Source of the DNA: Octopus bimaculoides | Lineage: Eukaryota | Length of the DNA stretch: 64,000 nt | Assembly: GCF_001194135.2 (NCBI RefSeq) | Contig: NC_068985.1 | Coordinates: 33,864,127-33,928,126 of the forward strand | Reading direction: 5' to 3' | The notes under the pieces: model-generated | Database searches by the model: none | The model's input: only the letters and a program-made list of their open reading frames with translations | What the model was told of the DNA's origin: nothing | In this document: positions 1-12,541 of the stretch, one piece after another | Numbering within the stretch: the first letter of the stretch is position 1 | Layout: each line of letters opens with the position of its first letter | Program-made: the position numbers and the translations under genes

Positions 1-55
1 TTTTTCTTCGTCGGGGTCACCACTTTATAGGAAAGTTGGTTATTGTAGCTCAGCG

Positions 56-88
56 GGCTGCATGTTCGAATCACGTCGGGGGTCACCA
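56..88 (+). pseudogene. 3' half of a tRNA-Trp-like sequence ending in CCA (shorter second copy at 9-22)
   Basis: GGCTGCATGTTCGAATCACGTCGGGGGTCACCA resembles the T-arm and acceptor end of eukaryotic tRNA-Trp(CCA). The anticodon arm is absent. Confidence 0.6.
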
Positions 89-1199
89 TTTTATAGGAAA
101 GTGGGTTATACATCATTAGATGTATACCTGACTTTCCTATATAAAATTAGAAATATAACGGAACGCTGAACTCCAGACTATCAACTTAAACAACATTTAT
201 TCAGGTGGTTAATATATACATCTTTAGCTCTTGTTTGTTGTTACAGCTTCTGTGTGTGTGAGCATTGTTGTTGGGACGTTGGTATGTAGATGTAAGCGAG
301 CTGTCGAGTGTAAGTTCGAAAGATGGAGAGAGACAGCTAAACACGTCCATGCTCAATCGCTGGCCAGCGAGAAAGAGACAGAATAGAAGCGGGAACGCTT
401 GGTTGTTGAATTCCACACATGCGTGAGACTACGCATGCGCACAGCGTTACTACACACCTAATACCAAACACTCCTGTGCATCTGCGATATACAAAGACAA
501 CCTTCTTTGGCAGCTTTCCTGTGATTACACTATATGTCTTGTGTTCACATGCTTTACACTAGTTTGAAGTTATACCCAAGGTGGTAACAAATTATGCTTT
601 GAGCCATGGTATTGTTAGAACTGCTGTACTGAATATTGATAATTAAATTAATCAACTCTGTTGTGCGTCTGATGTAATTAATAGATATACTTAAATTTTA
701 TATGTGTAGTATTAAATTATGTAGAAAATGTACATCCATCATACTTTAAGTGTTATAAATCCAGTTCATGTTTACCCATAACCAGATTATATTTATCCAT
801 AAATAACTGAGGTCACAGAAAAAACTGACTAAGGTGTAGCAAATTGGTGTTATTTATCATTCTTGAATGTAAATCAAACAGATATTTCTGCATATGTTGC
901 CATTACAAAGTAGGCATGATTTAATTAGATTCATACCTAACTCTAAATAATGAATCTGATCTTCATTTATCATATGGAATTTTTTGGAAAAGTGCTTACC
1001 ACCAAATAAAATTTGATGATAATTTTCAGGATTGAATTAACATGCCTATTGGTTTATTGAGATAAACATAATGCTGTATTGCAAAAATTGTATCATATAT
1101 CAAAATGCAATAGAAAAGATATTAGTGAAGTATATCAATAATAAAATAGTTTATCAGAATGATGTTTGTGTAAGTGTAACAGCCCAGGATTATTTGAAC

Positions 1200-2100
1200 T
1201 TCAAGGCTAAGATTACGTCGAATCATTTGAAAAAGTTGGCTTGACTGTCAACTAAGAATAATAAATATTTATACAAGTTAGTACAATGGCAAGAAGCAAG
1301 ATGCAATTTGGAAGAAATATATCTTGAATGATAGAAACATGCTTCTTTATTGTTGATGAAAAGAAAGAGACAAGGAAATGCTATTATGAGAGGTTGTTGA
1401 ATGAAGAAAATGCATGGGGAAAAGAAGGTCTACCACATGTTGACTCAACAGACAAACCAGTCAATTAAGTCGATAAGAATATAATAGAGAGCGAGAGAGA
1501 GTATTCAAGGATATGGAGGTAGGTTAAGCAGCTGGTCAAATGGGAATAGTATCTGAAATGCTTCAAATATCTGGAGAAGTAGAGCCCATGCTAGTCACTT
1601 GAATAGAGGACAGTATCATACCCAATTACTGATATAGCAGCATCATTGTAAACTACTACAAGGGCAAAGGAGATGCACAAGAGAGCAACAATAGCAGAAG
1701 CACCAAATTATCAAACTAGAAGGTTGCAGAAAGAGTTAGAGCATAATTGGTTAAGAACAGAATTAGCCTACATGAGATACAGATCAGCTGTATGTCTGGA
1801 AGAGGTAACACTGATACCATTTGCTTGTTAGACAACTGAGAGAGAAGTATTTAGCTAAGAATAATCCGCAATACCTAGTATTGGCTAACTTGGAGAAGGC
1901 CCTTGACAGTATGTCATACTCTGTAACTTGATGGTCACTAAGAAAACTAGGTGTAGACGAATGATTTGTGAATGATGTACAAGCCATATATAGAGGCCTA
2001 ATTTGTAGAGTGAGAGTCAGCAGTAAGTTCAGCAAAGAATTTACTTAGAGGTTCATTAGGGAAAAGTTCTTTGACTCCTCCTGTTCATTATAATCATACA
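1200..2100. mobile_element. Mosaic of decayed LINE RT fragments (RTE-like on +, CR1/L2-like on -)
   Basis: IVNYYKGKGDA..NN remnant on +; ORF 1784-2035 on - resembles a decayed RT C-terminus. Assignment is tentative. Confidence 0.45.
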
Positions 2101-3550
2101 GTAGAATTAGCCACATGACACATATAAGCAACTAGCCTTTGGGAACTGTAGCTCCCAATGGAAGGCACCTTAGACTGTGACAATCTATCCATCTCATGCC
2201 AGCATGATAAGCAGACATAAAATGATGATAATTGCTAAACAAACATCTGCTGTTGCAACATTTCTTTAGTGCAGCTTTGACGTGATATGATGACCAATGT
2301 CCTTTCCATCCTGATGAACAAAGTAATGTTTCTTGAAACCTTGCAAATATACCCAAATGTGCTGCACCTAGAAAATTTGTGACTGAAATTTCATTTGTAT
2401 ATTCAATCTGTTTTAAATTCTACACCAGTTTTGCTCAGCACAGGCTTTATGAAAGCTCATCTCCAAATTTTTGCCATCAGAGATTCATCCATTATTCTGG
2501 CACATATTACATGTCTAGAAACATTTTGACTACCACTGTACACAAATGGTCATGTTGAAAAGCAAGCTTTGTCTAAATCAATAAGCCTTTTTCACATACT
2601 TTGGTGTGAGCTGAAAAACAGCTTGAATCCAAAATTATGCAACCAGCAGTGCTCTAACAAAGAGGATAGCAAAACAATAGAAAGTCACACATTTAAGCGA
2701 ACTGCTAAAATGCAGGAAGAGCTAATAGATACAAGAAATTCCCACATAATGTAGAAAGGACGACATGCATTTGAAACCTATGAGTTCGATCTCATCCCAA
2801 ATTGTTGACAAGTTCACATAGACACAATATCCCAGTGAAATTAAATACGTAAGGATTTGAGCCAATATACGCAACTCTGTATATTTATTTATTCAAACAA
2901 CCTACAAGGGAGTCCCCATGATGTCACTCGAGCTGTAGGAATATCAGCCAAACCTCTAAATCACGTCGTAAGATCTTAAAAAGAAGGTAAGATACATCAG
3001 ATAACGTCATCATGGATACCACTAATTAAAACAAAATCCTCATGGTTGGAATTCTTATAAGTTTGATCAGTCATGAACGACCTCGATCTAAAGATGATCC
3101 CGAAGATGTCTGTTTTTTGTATATACGAAAGAAATTGTTGTATAGTGCTCAGGGTGCAGTATAAGCAAAATGGATACAGCAACCAAATTTCTTTCAAATA
3201 AACACCCTACCATAAAATAAGTAAATAAACAAATAACATGATGTAGTCTTTCTTGACATATGTTACATCTAAAAGACAGGGTGAACCGCCTTTACCCATA
3301 AGTCTGCCTGTCCGGAATAACCTAAACTAAACACACTATACAAACTTAAGGTATATTTTAGAATGGAATTCTTAGATTGCAAATACTTATGGCAAAGCCA
3401 CTACGCACAAATCTCTATTTTTCGCTTCCCCAAAAATCAGTAACCTCGTTTCTAAGAGAGAAACCAATAATTTAAGAGAATAAATATAACGAAACAAAGG
3501 AATTTTTTTTTTTCACACTCATCACACAAAACGATAGAAAGAGTGAGAAG

Positions 3551-3598
3551 CGGATATGACGTTTCTGCATTTCCGGAATAGTTAACTTCTTACACGTG
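3551..3598 (+). promoter_or_regulatory. Duplicated DDX21 promoter module, copy A
   Basis: CGGATATGACGTTT (3551), ATTTCCGG (3569), CACGTG (3593); same spacing as copies B and C. Confidence 0.6.
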
Positions 3599-3779
3599 CT
3601 GTTCCGAACTTGGTGTCCGAAGAAAATTTGCTAAAATATAGCAATATATTTGTTAGCTGAGTGTTTTGTTTCTTTTAAAACATCAGCATACCAATTTGTC
3701 TTCTTTGAAATATATATAAATTCAGCTTATCAACGGAGAAAAACAAAACAAAAAAAAAATTGAGGATTATCGAGAAAGA

Positions 3780-3827
3780 ATGACTGCGAAGGTTAATGAA
3801 GATTCAAAAAAGAAAATAAAGAAAAAA
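3780..3827 (+). CDS. Candidate alternative DDX21 first coding exon, copy A: MTAKVNEDSKKKIKKK
   Basis: ATG plus 16 open codons, 40/48 nt identical to copy B, then GTTGGT in phase 0. Usage is unproven. Confidence 0.45.
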
Positions 3828-6217
3828 GTTGGTATCATTTTTATTTATATGAATATCATATTTTAACGTTCCTTTGTTATCGAAAAATGTAATTGAACAA
3901 CTTAAAACCGCTATTTTATTCAATGTACTAGTAATTCATTTGGATTTAAGTATGTATTACTCTAGTGTGCGCCTTCTATCAATTTTTCTGTACCCACGAG
4001 GTTTCTGCAAATCCTTTGAATTTAGAGACAAGACTGCACCGACTCAAGTTATCTTGAAGTGACGTTTGATTGCCTTCAATTTTTATTTAATAGTAAAAAT
4101 ATTTTTAGTACATATTTTTACGTGATTGATAATGGAAACCTTACATTTTCCTCCATGTAAAATTATAACTTTACATGAGGGCGTTATTTTCATGGCTTCT
4201 GCTCCAACAAAATTCTTGCAGATGAGTTGGAGACAGCGTCTGATATCTAGTGCTTAGTGCGATAGTTCTCTTTAACTCTTTATATGAAGATTAATGACTT
4301 CTGCTTTCATTTTCTAATCCTAAAGCTAGAGAATATGAAACAAATATCCCTTTGTACCCTCCCTCACCTTCTCGATTATTCACTTTGTAAGCAAAAAAAA
4401 AAGTAGACCTGTCTTCAAATTCTGATCGGCGGTCTTTTGGAATGGCAATTACTACCTCCTGGAGAAGGGAAAGTACATAGAATGGGGTGGTTCTTTCTTT
4501 CTGTGAAATAATTCATGTCCGAAAACTTCTTTTTTTCACACCAATTCCCAATTCCGTACCCTTTTCCGGTTACACAATACTGGTGTAATAGTAAAAAGTT
4601 AAAAATACCTATACTCAATATATATGGATACGAGGATTGAATGAAGATAATTTGTAGAAGCAGAAGAATCAAAAAAAGATATGTTAGAAATTGAGCATCA
4701 AAACCATTCAATGTCCTACGAATACATTTAAAAAAAATTTTAACGGTCTAAGGCCCACAAGGGAATACCTATTATTGACTCCTGCATTATCTAGGTAGCA
4801 CTCCTTTGTTCACTATTTTCTTAATAGTTTCTGTTTGTAGGAAAATACTTGTAGAAAACACCTCTAAAGTAAAGGCGAAGGTAATCGGAAGGAACATTTA
4901 TGGTGTCTAGTGAATACTGCGTTATATTTGTGATATTGGATTTGGATTGCTCGTACATTTCACTGCAAGGCGAGGCTCTCAACATGTTCTCTCCACCAAC
5001 CATGGTCTGGTGTGCAGGCCGTGAATTTGAGCTCGATATACTGGTTTGAAGAACCTTGTCACACTAGCTCGACATTGCTTGGCAGATATTATAGATGTCT
5101 TTGTGTGATATTTTAGATGCAATATAATTGGATTGGGTCAGTTGCTTTGGTCTTTAACCCATGAGCATTTAGATTACTTTGTCAAATATAATGCTTTATT
5201 TATTCACTTTGTTTTGAATTAATCATGCATCATCTCGTAGCTTCAAGATTTTGGTGATTGTTTATTTTTAGAACGACATTGTAGGGTAGGTGTATGGCCG
5301 GGTCTGGCCTGTTTGAAAATAAAACAGAATATTTGGTTCTGATATGGTTCGTTTAAATGTTAAAGGTTTGAATCTGAATTATTTTGTAGGCACAGGATTC
5401 ATTATTTGTTCACTGGTGTGGATTCACATATTAGTGATTCTGCTCACCTATGAGTTGTCTATGCAAGACTATCATTGCTGAAAATGTTTAGGTGCTTTTT
5501 AGTGTTACTGACGCCTTATTTTTTGTTTTTGTAGTGTATTTGTAAAGATGCTTTAGGGTAGCTTTTCCAATCTCTGAAACTATTCATTTGTTGGTAAGCT
5601 TTCGTTTTAGCTCAAGTCAAATCGAAACGTAGCCCATTAGTTAAGGTGGTGATTAAAAATCTTTAATCATTCTTTCTTTTTCTTTACTTTTGGATTCAGC
5701 TCGAAGCGCTGGATACGTAGATGATGGTGTTAAATCTACCAGTCAAGAACTCCTCCAACATGCTGACACATAGTCAGATAGATAGACAGACAGATAAATA
5801 GAGAGAGAGATAGGCAGACAGATAGATAACTCCGGCCAGTTAGTAGCCAAAGAAACAGATTTCAACTCAAACCAGCAGTAACGTTCCTTGTTTTTAGTTC
5901 TACTTTCACTTCTGACAGCTAATACCATGACAGTGCCGAATTTTCTTCTTTTCCACTTCTTTGAGGCAAATAAATTTTTCCGGAATCGGATCCTTCTCAA
6001 CAAAAAAACATGGGATTCCGTAAAAAAAAAAAAATCGGATCTTGTGAATTTTCCGAAAGTCCCCTTCCCAGAGTCGTCAGCGCGCATTTTTTTCCATATT
6101 CGTTTTCCACACACTTGTTAACCCCCGCACCAAGGCTGTTTTTTTTTTTTGTTCCCGGGTGAAGGTTTTTATATTGACCCAAATGTCTTCTACTTATAGC
6201 CTTGGGACAATCAAAAC

Positions 6218-6570
6218 CCTGTTACACGACGGCTTCTTTCAGTTTCCATCTACCAAATCCACTCACTAGGCTTTGGTTGGCCTGAGGTTATAGTAAAAGT
6301 CACTAGCCCAAGGTGCCACACAGTGGGACTGAACCCGGAGCCATGTGGTTGGGAAGCAAGCATCTTACAACAGTCATTCTTGGCCTTTGAGTCACAGGCA
6401 TAGCTGTGTGGTTAAGATATTTGCTCCCCAACTATGTGGTATTGGGTTCAGTCCTATTGTATGGTACCTTGGGCCAATGTCTTCTACAGCCTCAGGTTAA
6501 GGAAATCCTTGTTAATGGGTTTGGTAGATAGAAACTGAGAGAACCTCATTGTGCATGTGTGTATGATTGG
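6218..6570. mobile_element. Head-to-head pair of SINE family 1 5' halves (6218-6375 on -, 6395-6570 on +)
   Basis: Both carry the head and body motifs in opposite orientation, about 20 bp apart. Confidence 0.75.
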
Positions 6571-8652
6571 ATGTGCTCAACATGCAAAATTTAAACCAAT
6601 GTGAATGCAATTTCTGTTGTGGAATATCCAACTATCAGGTAGGAAAAGGCTTATCTCAATCTTGGCAAATCCAGTTGGAAAAGGCTTGTAATAAATCTGT
6701 CAACCTTTCAACTGTTTTACAGAGTTTGATGCTTATCGAGTTCCTTGTGTAGATGATTTGGTCAGAGGTGTATCCAAACTTAAATACTAATGATCTTTGT
6801 GGCCTCCTATCATCAAGTTGGTATACTACCTGAGAAAAGACAATATGCTCTTTCCAAACAGTTGGGTTCTTTTATCTGTTTACTTGTGTTAGGTATCTAT
6901 TCATGTTTAGCTTGTGGTGAAAAGAAGCATGATGTCTTTCCAATTTCTTAAAAGCTAACGATCATAGTAATCTGACTGTAAACATAAAAAATGTAGATAT
7001 GATCTAACTTCTATTAACTTCTTAAGGTATCTGATTTCATATGGAGAATCAAGTTATCATCATCGTTCCAGAATATTCAACTCTCAGGCTTTTGAAAAGC
7101 TATCTATACCTCAGAATCATCATCATCGTTTAACGTCCGCTTTCAGAATATTGAATTACAATGGTTGCTTGGGTTCTTCATGTGTTACATACACAACCCG
7201 AAATAGATCCTTTTCTGGTTTTGAAAATTGGGCCAGTGATGTAAATTTCATCCAATCTGAGAATGATGTAAAATGTATCAGTTCTAGTAAAGATTATATT
7301 AGATGGCAGCTGTTATTGCTTTTGGTAACTATTTGCCTTTTACTAGTGAAACATGCTACAACATTACCACCAGGTGATAGCTGTGTGGTGTTTTCATCCT
7401 GTACCACATTGTTGAAAAAAAAGAAGCTTATGTAGTTATAAAATCGTTTCCTTATGAAACAACTTAATGAAAACCGTAGAAAAATAAGGATAAAATCTTA
7501 CACGGGAGAATTGAACTTTTCCCTCATACATGATAAACTATAGACCTAATTTAGAGAATCTTTTAGCTGTACTTTTGCTACTACTTCATTATTTATAATT
7601 ACTACATATGGCTGGATGCCCTTTGTAGTGTACTCGAGTTTTGTTGTAACAGGACCACTGTTAGAAAGATTGCTTTGCCCTGTATAACTAAGGAGACAAA
7701 TTTGAGTGCAGGAGTGAAACAAAGAGACTGATATGATAGATGGAACATAGTGATGGGAGCAAGTGAGTAATGAAACATAGTGATTGCTATATGTCACCTG
7801 TTGGAAAGCAGACTGAGTAATGTCTGTTGAAAGTGAGAAAGAGCAATTTATGTCAACATGGTAATAGAAGAGAGAGAGCGAACATGTACTGTGAGTGAGA
7901 ATGATAGCAAAAAGCCGTGATGAGAGAGAGTAATTGCAATAGAGATAGGTGATGGTTGTTATTAAAGAGTGACATGGAGAAGAATGAGATAGCTAGTCAA
8001 AGAGAAGGGTGATGAGAGGGGGATAATGAATATGGACAAAACTGAAACCATCCCTCATTACATCAGGATGGAAAGGAGGTAATGTAAAAGGCAATGTTGA
8101 GGGGGTGAATGAAGACATGATACCATCCTTCATTATATAGTGTGCTACAGTGGATGGTGTCTCAACAGATGTAAATAATCATCTCAACTTATATTACCTT
8201 AACATCTATTTGCAAAACTTGCATAGGTTTTCTCAAGCACTGCTGTATTGACAATTGTTATGATCCTTCACTTCCTTTGCAAAGTTCAGCTTTTTGAGAT
8301 CAGTCTTCAAAATTTCATGTTGTTTTAGGTCTTTTCCACTTAGAACAACTACTACTTGATAAAACTGACATCTTCTATATGTGTCATATACTCATATTGA
8401 TGCAGTCTCTCTTGCACAGTACATCTGATTTCTCTTATATCCAGCTTTACTCTAAATCCATTTGTGCTCTGTTCCTTAAGCACACTACAATTACACATTG
8501 AGTAGAGCTTGATTATTTCTTTCTGCATTCAAAGTCCTCACCCCACTACCATACAGCATTGCACTTCATACACAAACATCATACAGTCTGCCATTTACCC
8601 TAAAACAGAATTTTTTTGTTATCAGATGTAATAACTCTGAACTTAATTACTT

Positions 8653-9631
8653 TTAACCCTTTCAATCCAGAATTTTTTCTCAAGATTTGCATGTATTTTC
8701 TCTAAAATTTGGGTAAAACTATATAGTGTAGATGCTTATTAGACAGTTTATAACGGTGCCAATTATGTAAACACTATTTTTAGTTTGGTACATATTTGTA
8801 CCATTTGGGTTTTCTAATCTACCAGGTATGTAACATTGTATTTAGATGAAGTACCAGGTATGTACCGGTTATATCAAAATATCGCAGTGAATCTTGCAAA
8901 AAAAAAATTGAATATTTCAAATATTAGAGAGTAAGATGAAGGTTGATTGAAAAACTGTATATTTCTACACTCTCTGAGTGGTTGGCGTTAGGAAGGGCAT
9001 CCAGCTGTAGAAACTCTGCCAAATTAGATTGGAGCCTGGTGTTGCCATCCGGTTTCACCAGTCCTCAGTCAAATCGTCCAACCCATGCTAGCATGGAAGG
9101 CGGACGTTAAATGATGATGATGATGATGTGTGTTTAATTCACAGGAAAAAAGTTTCTCTATTTTTATAAAACAACTGGTAAAATCTTAGCTATACAACAA
9201 ACTACAGTGGTACAAGTGTGTACCTATACAAAACCACAATAGTACAAGTGTGTTCTACTCAAAATTATTTACTTTTAGAAATATGTATTGCAACAATGTT
9301 GCAAGAATATTACTATCCAATGCTTATAAACTATGCACAATGTGTTTATGATAAGTTTACAGTGAAGAAAATGTTATAAATAGCTTACTAAAGCATGAGA
9401 ACCAATAATAAACACTTAAAAGCAGTTGGTAATGGTGAGGAGTTTGTATGCATGGGAGCCTTTTGAGCTGTCATTATAGTGTCATACACTCCAAACATGT
9501 CTGGTGCTACATACTTAACAGAAAAACTGGAGTGGAACTATGCTGCCTCACATAGAATGGGAATTTTAAAGATTTGGGTTGTAAAATTTTTGACTGGTAC
9601 AAATATGTACCAGCCGGGCTGAAAGTGTTAA
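8653..9631. mobile_element. piggyBac-like non-autonomous element with a nested RTE tail
   Basis: TTAA-CCCTTTCAATCC / GGGCTGAAAGTG-TTAA ends, and a perfect internal inverted repeat GGTACATATTTGTACCA / TGGTACAAATATGTACC. Confidence 0.65.
8965..9128 (+). mobile_element. RTE 3' tail (similar short tails at 53344-53515 on - and 63625-63810 on +)
   Basis: Near-identical to the 3' UTR of the 32.2-kb copy; ends in (GAT)n. Confidence 0.8.
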
Positions 9632-10747
9632 GGAGCCTTTTAAGCATTTCAAGAAATTTGTTCTAATCTTCTCTTATTGCTTACAGTGTGCCTTCTCTGC
9701 CAGCCTGTGATCTGACTATGCCTCTTCATTTATACAGAGTACACCATATGGAGTTCTATGTATTACTTTTCTACATATTGAGCATGACTATTTCCCTGAT
9801 AGTAGCAAGGTCCTTTCTTCTTTTGTACAGATTAAAATTTCAGTCTTTGCTAAGTTTACTTTGAGATCTTTCGAGTCTTGATGTTACTTCCATATCTGGA
9901 ATTTTTTTTAAATCTTCAGATTCAGCAAGGCCATCAGCATACCGAAATTCTCACAGCCATCCAGTTTTAAATTCGTCTCTTATGGCTTGAATCAGTGTTT
10001 GTCATAGGTGTGTGTGTGTAGAGTGATTGAAAAAGAAGCTATAGAGATTGCAAAAGAAGCAGGCAAATTGCTGCTTTTAATAAAATTAAGGACAAGTATC
10101 TGAAACGTTGGATTTTCACTCCTCACAACAATATCTGATCTTTATGGATTAACGCAGATCCGTTTCTTTGGATCCTAGATCTTACCCAATTAAGTCTATA
10201 GCTGATGTCCATACATCAGCTGTATAGTCTTGCTGTGAAATAAGGCACACGAACCCATTTTTGGCTGCATGGGCTGAGTGTTGAACGGATTGGTTTCATT
10301 GTTTGACAGCTCAAGATTTGCTCATTTCTCTGTCCCAAACAGACAGTGATGGTAATTGAAGGCTACTTAGGAAATTTTAAACATATGCTTAAGTGCAGTC
10401 TGACCACGTACTATTAATTGGCACGTAGATAGCCTGACAGTAATTACTTTAAGTGCGTTATGAATACATATACAGTTATAGGGTTATGGATAAAGTATAT
10501 GTATTTGTTTTCGTATGTATTCTGAGTGCGCAGTTAAACCAAAGAGGGGATTTTTTGGTAGCTTCGGATTACAAAACGAGTCAATTCGATCTTCGCTACA
10601 AAACCCTTATAAAAAGTTTTGTCGGCCTTATATCACAATGAAACTAAAATCGTATGGATGTGAGAAATAGAAGGGAAATTCTCCTTCGAAATCATCCTAA
10701 CATAACCAGAGAGAGATATAAGAAATGTTAAAAAAAAAAAGTTTCTT

Positions 10748-11100
10748 GGCTGTGTGGTAAGTAGCTTGCTTACCAACCACACAGTTCCGGGTTCAGTCCC
10801 AGGCATCTTGGGCAAGTGTCTTCTATAACCTCGGGCCGACCAAAGCCTTGTGAGTGGATTTGGTAGACGGAAACTGACAGAAGCCCGTCGTATATATATG
10901 TGTGTGTGTGTTTGTCCCCCTAGCATTGCTTGACAACCGATGCTGGTGTGTTTATGTCCCCGTCACTTAGCGGTTCGGCAAAAGAGGCCGATAGAAAAAG
11001 TACTAGGCTTACAAAGAATAAGTCCCGGGGTCGATTTGCTCGACTAATGGTGGTGCTCCAGCATGGCCGCAGTCAAATGACTGAAACAAGTAAAAGAGTA
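10748..11100 (+). mobile_element. tRNA-derived SINE, family 1 (near full length)
   Basis: A box TGGCTGTGTGG, B box GGTTCAGTCCC, body CTTGGGCAAGTGTCTTCT...GGATTTGGTAGACGGAAACTG, internal (TA/TG)n, tail CCAGCATGGCCGCAGTCAAATGACTGAAAC. Confidence 0.85.
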
Positions 11101-11814
11101 AATACTGTATGTAGGGTTATAAATAAATGCCCCCCCCCAAAAAAAAAAACCGGAGTGGATTTTTACTGTGAAAATTTCGTTCATACTCTCACTCTTTTCT
11201 GTAGTCATACATTCTCAATGTATAAAACAAGTTTATAGAACATAAAGACCACATGTTTGTTGGGAAAATATTGCGTTAACTGCCGGATTGTTCGAAAGAA
11301 TGAATCCTCAGTGGATTTGAATTTTAAAATGTAGTCGAGAGCTAACAAGAGGAACTTGTACGCAATATGCTGAATATAGAAGTTACAGCTCCTTCAACTC
11401 GCTGTTTGAGGAAAAGAAAAACAGTAGGTGGTCGCAGCGGAACACCTTCACTCATAGGGCTGATCTAAGTAGAACAAGTAACTATATGGAGAATCTTACA
11501 AACTTTCGAGAAGGTGAAATATTTCTTTTTTCGGAACAGTGGATTTCGAAGCACACAAATCTATAAATAATAGCATGCAAATATTGAGTTGAAAAAAGTT
11601 CTTCAATAAAAGAATAATAGCAGTGTTAATATATTGCTGACTTGAGGTATATTTTGCAATGTTTCCCCATAAATTAAGCTAAATTGCAATTGAAACCATT
11701 TCAATTATCATATGCTGAAAGTACAGTCTGTCACACACCCACTCCATTGTTCGCCTCTCTTCAGATCTGGGACCTTTGTGTCCGAGTCAGACCAATTTTG
11801 AGCAATAGTAAGAA

Positions 11815-11988
11815 AGTGCAGGTGTGATTGTATGATAAGGAGTTTGCTTCTTTGCCACACGGTTCTGGGTTCAGTCCCACTACGTGGCACCTTGGGCAAG
11901 TGTCTTCTACTATAGCCACGGACCGACCAAAGTCTTGTGAATAGATTTGGTAGACAGAAACTGTAAGAAGCCCATTGTGTGTGTGTAT

Positions 11989-12027
<39 letters not shown>

Positions 12028-12190
12028 TTTATGTTCGTGTTAATGTGTTTGTTTTGCTCAGTTACAAAACCAATTTTACAAGTACCAGGCCGAAAAAAAA
12101 AGGCCCAGAATCTATTCCTTCGACTATAATAAATTTTCAAGGCGGTACCCCAGCATGGCCGCACTCCAGCGATTGAAATAAATCTAAGAT
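11815..12190 (+). mobile_element. SINE family 1 copy, immediately upstream of promoter copy B
   Basis: Same head, body and tail motifs as the 10.7-kb copy. Confidence 0.8.
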
Positions 12191-12248
12191 AAAGTAAAGT
12201 AAATGGAAAAGAATTTCTAATTGTCACACGGAATGATAATGAGGTAAA

Positions 12249-12296
12249 CGGATATGACGTTTTCATATTTCCGGGTTAGCTAGAATTTTACACGTG
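12249..12296 (+). promoter_or_regulatory. Duplicated DDX21 promoter module, copy B
   Basis: CGGATATGACGTTT (12249), ATTTCCGG (12267), CACGTG (12291); same spacing as copy C. Confidence 0.6.
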
Positions 12297-12493
12297 CTCT
12301 CTCGAACCATGGTCAAGAAAACTTACCAAACTATATTTGTTATTTATAACAGATTTATATTTGTTAGCTGAGTGTTTTGTTTAACCTCGCCGTACTTGTT
12401 TGTCTTGTGTGTAAATATATATATATATATATATACATAAGTTCAAAGGAGAAAACAGTAAAATTGAAGATTGTCGAAAAGTTAGTACTTGGA

Positions 12494-12541
12494 ATGACTA
12501 CGAAAATTAATGGAGATTCAAGAAAAAAGATGAAGAAAAAA
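12494..12541 (+). CDS. Candidate alternative DDX21 first coding exon, copy B: MTTKINGDSRKKMKKK
   Basis: ATG plus 16 open codons similar to exon 1C, then GTTGGT at the position equivalent to the copy C donor. Usage is unproven. Confidence 0.45.

Noticed and set aside
4415-6182. ORFs 4415-4711, 5743-6114, 5888-6121 and 5997-6182
   Set aside because: They overlap on both strands, include homopolymer or tetranucleotide tracts, and have no recognisable domain or splice-consistent chain.
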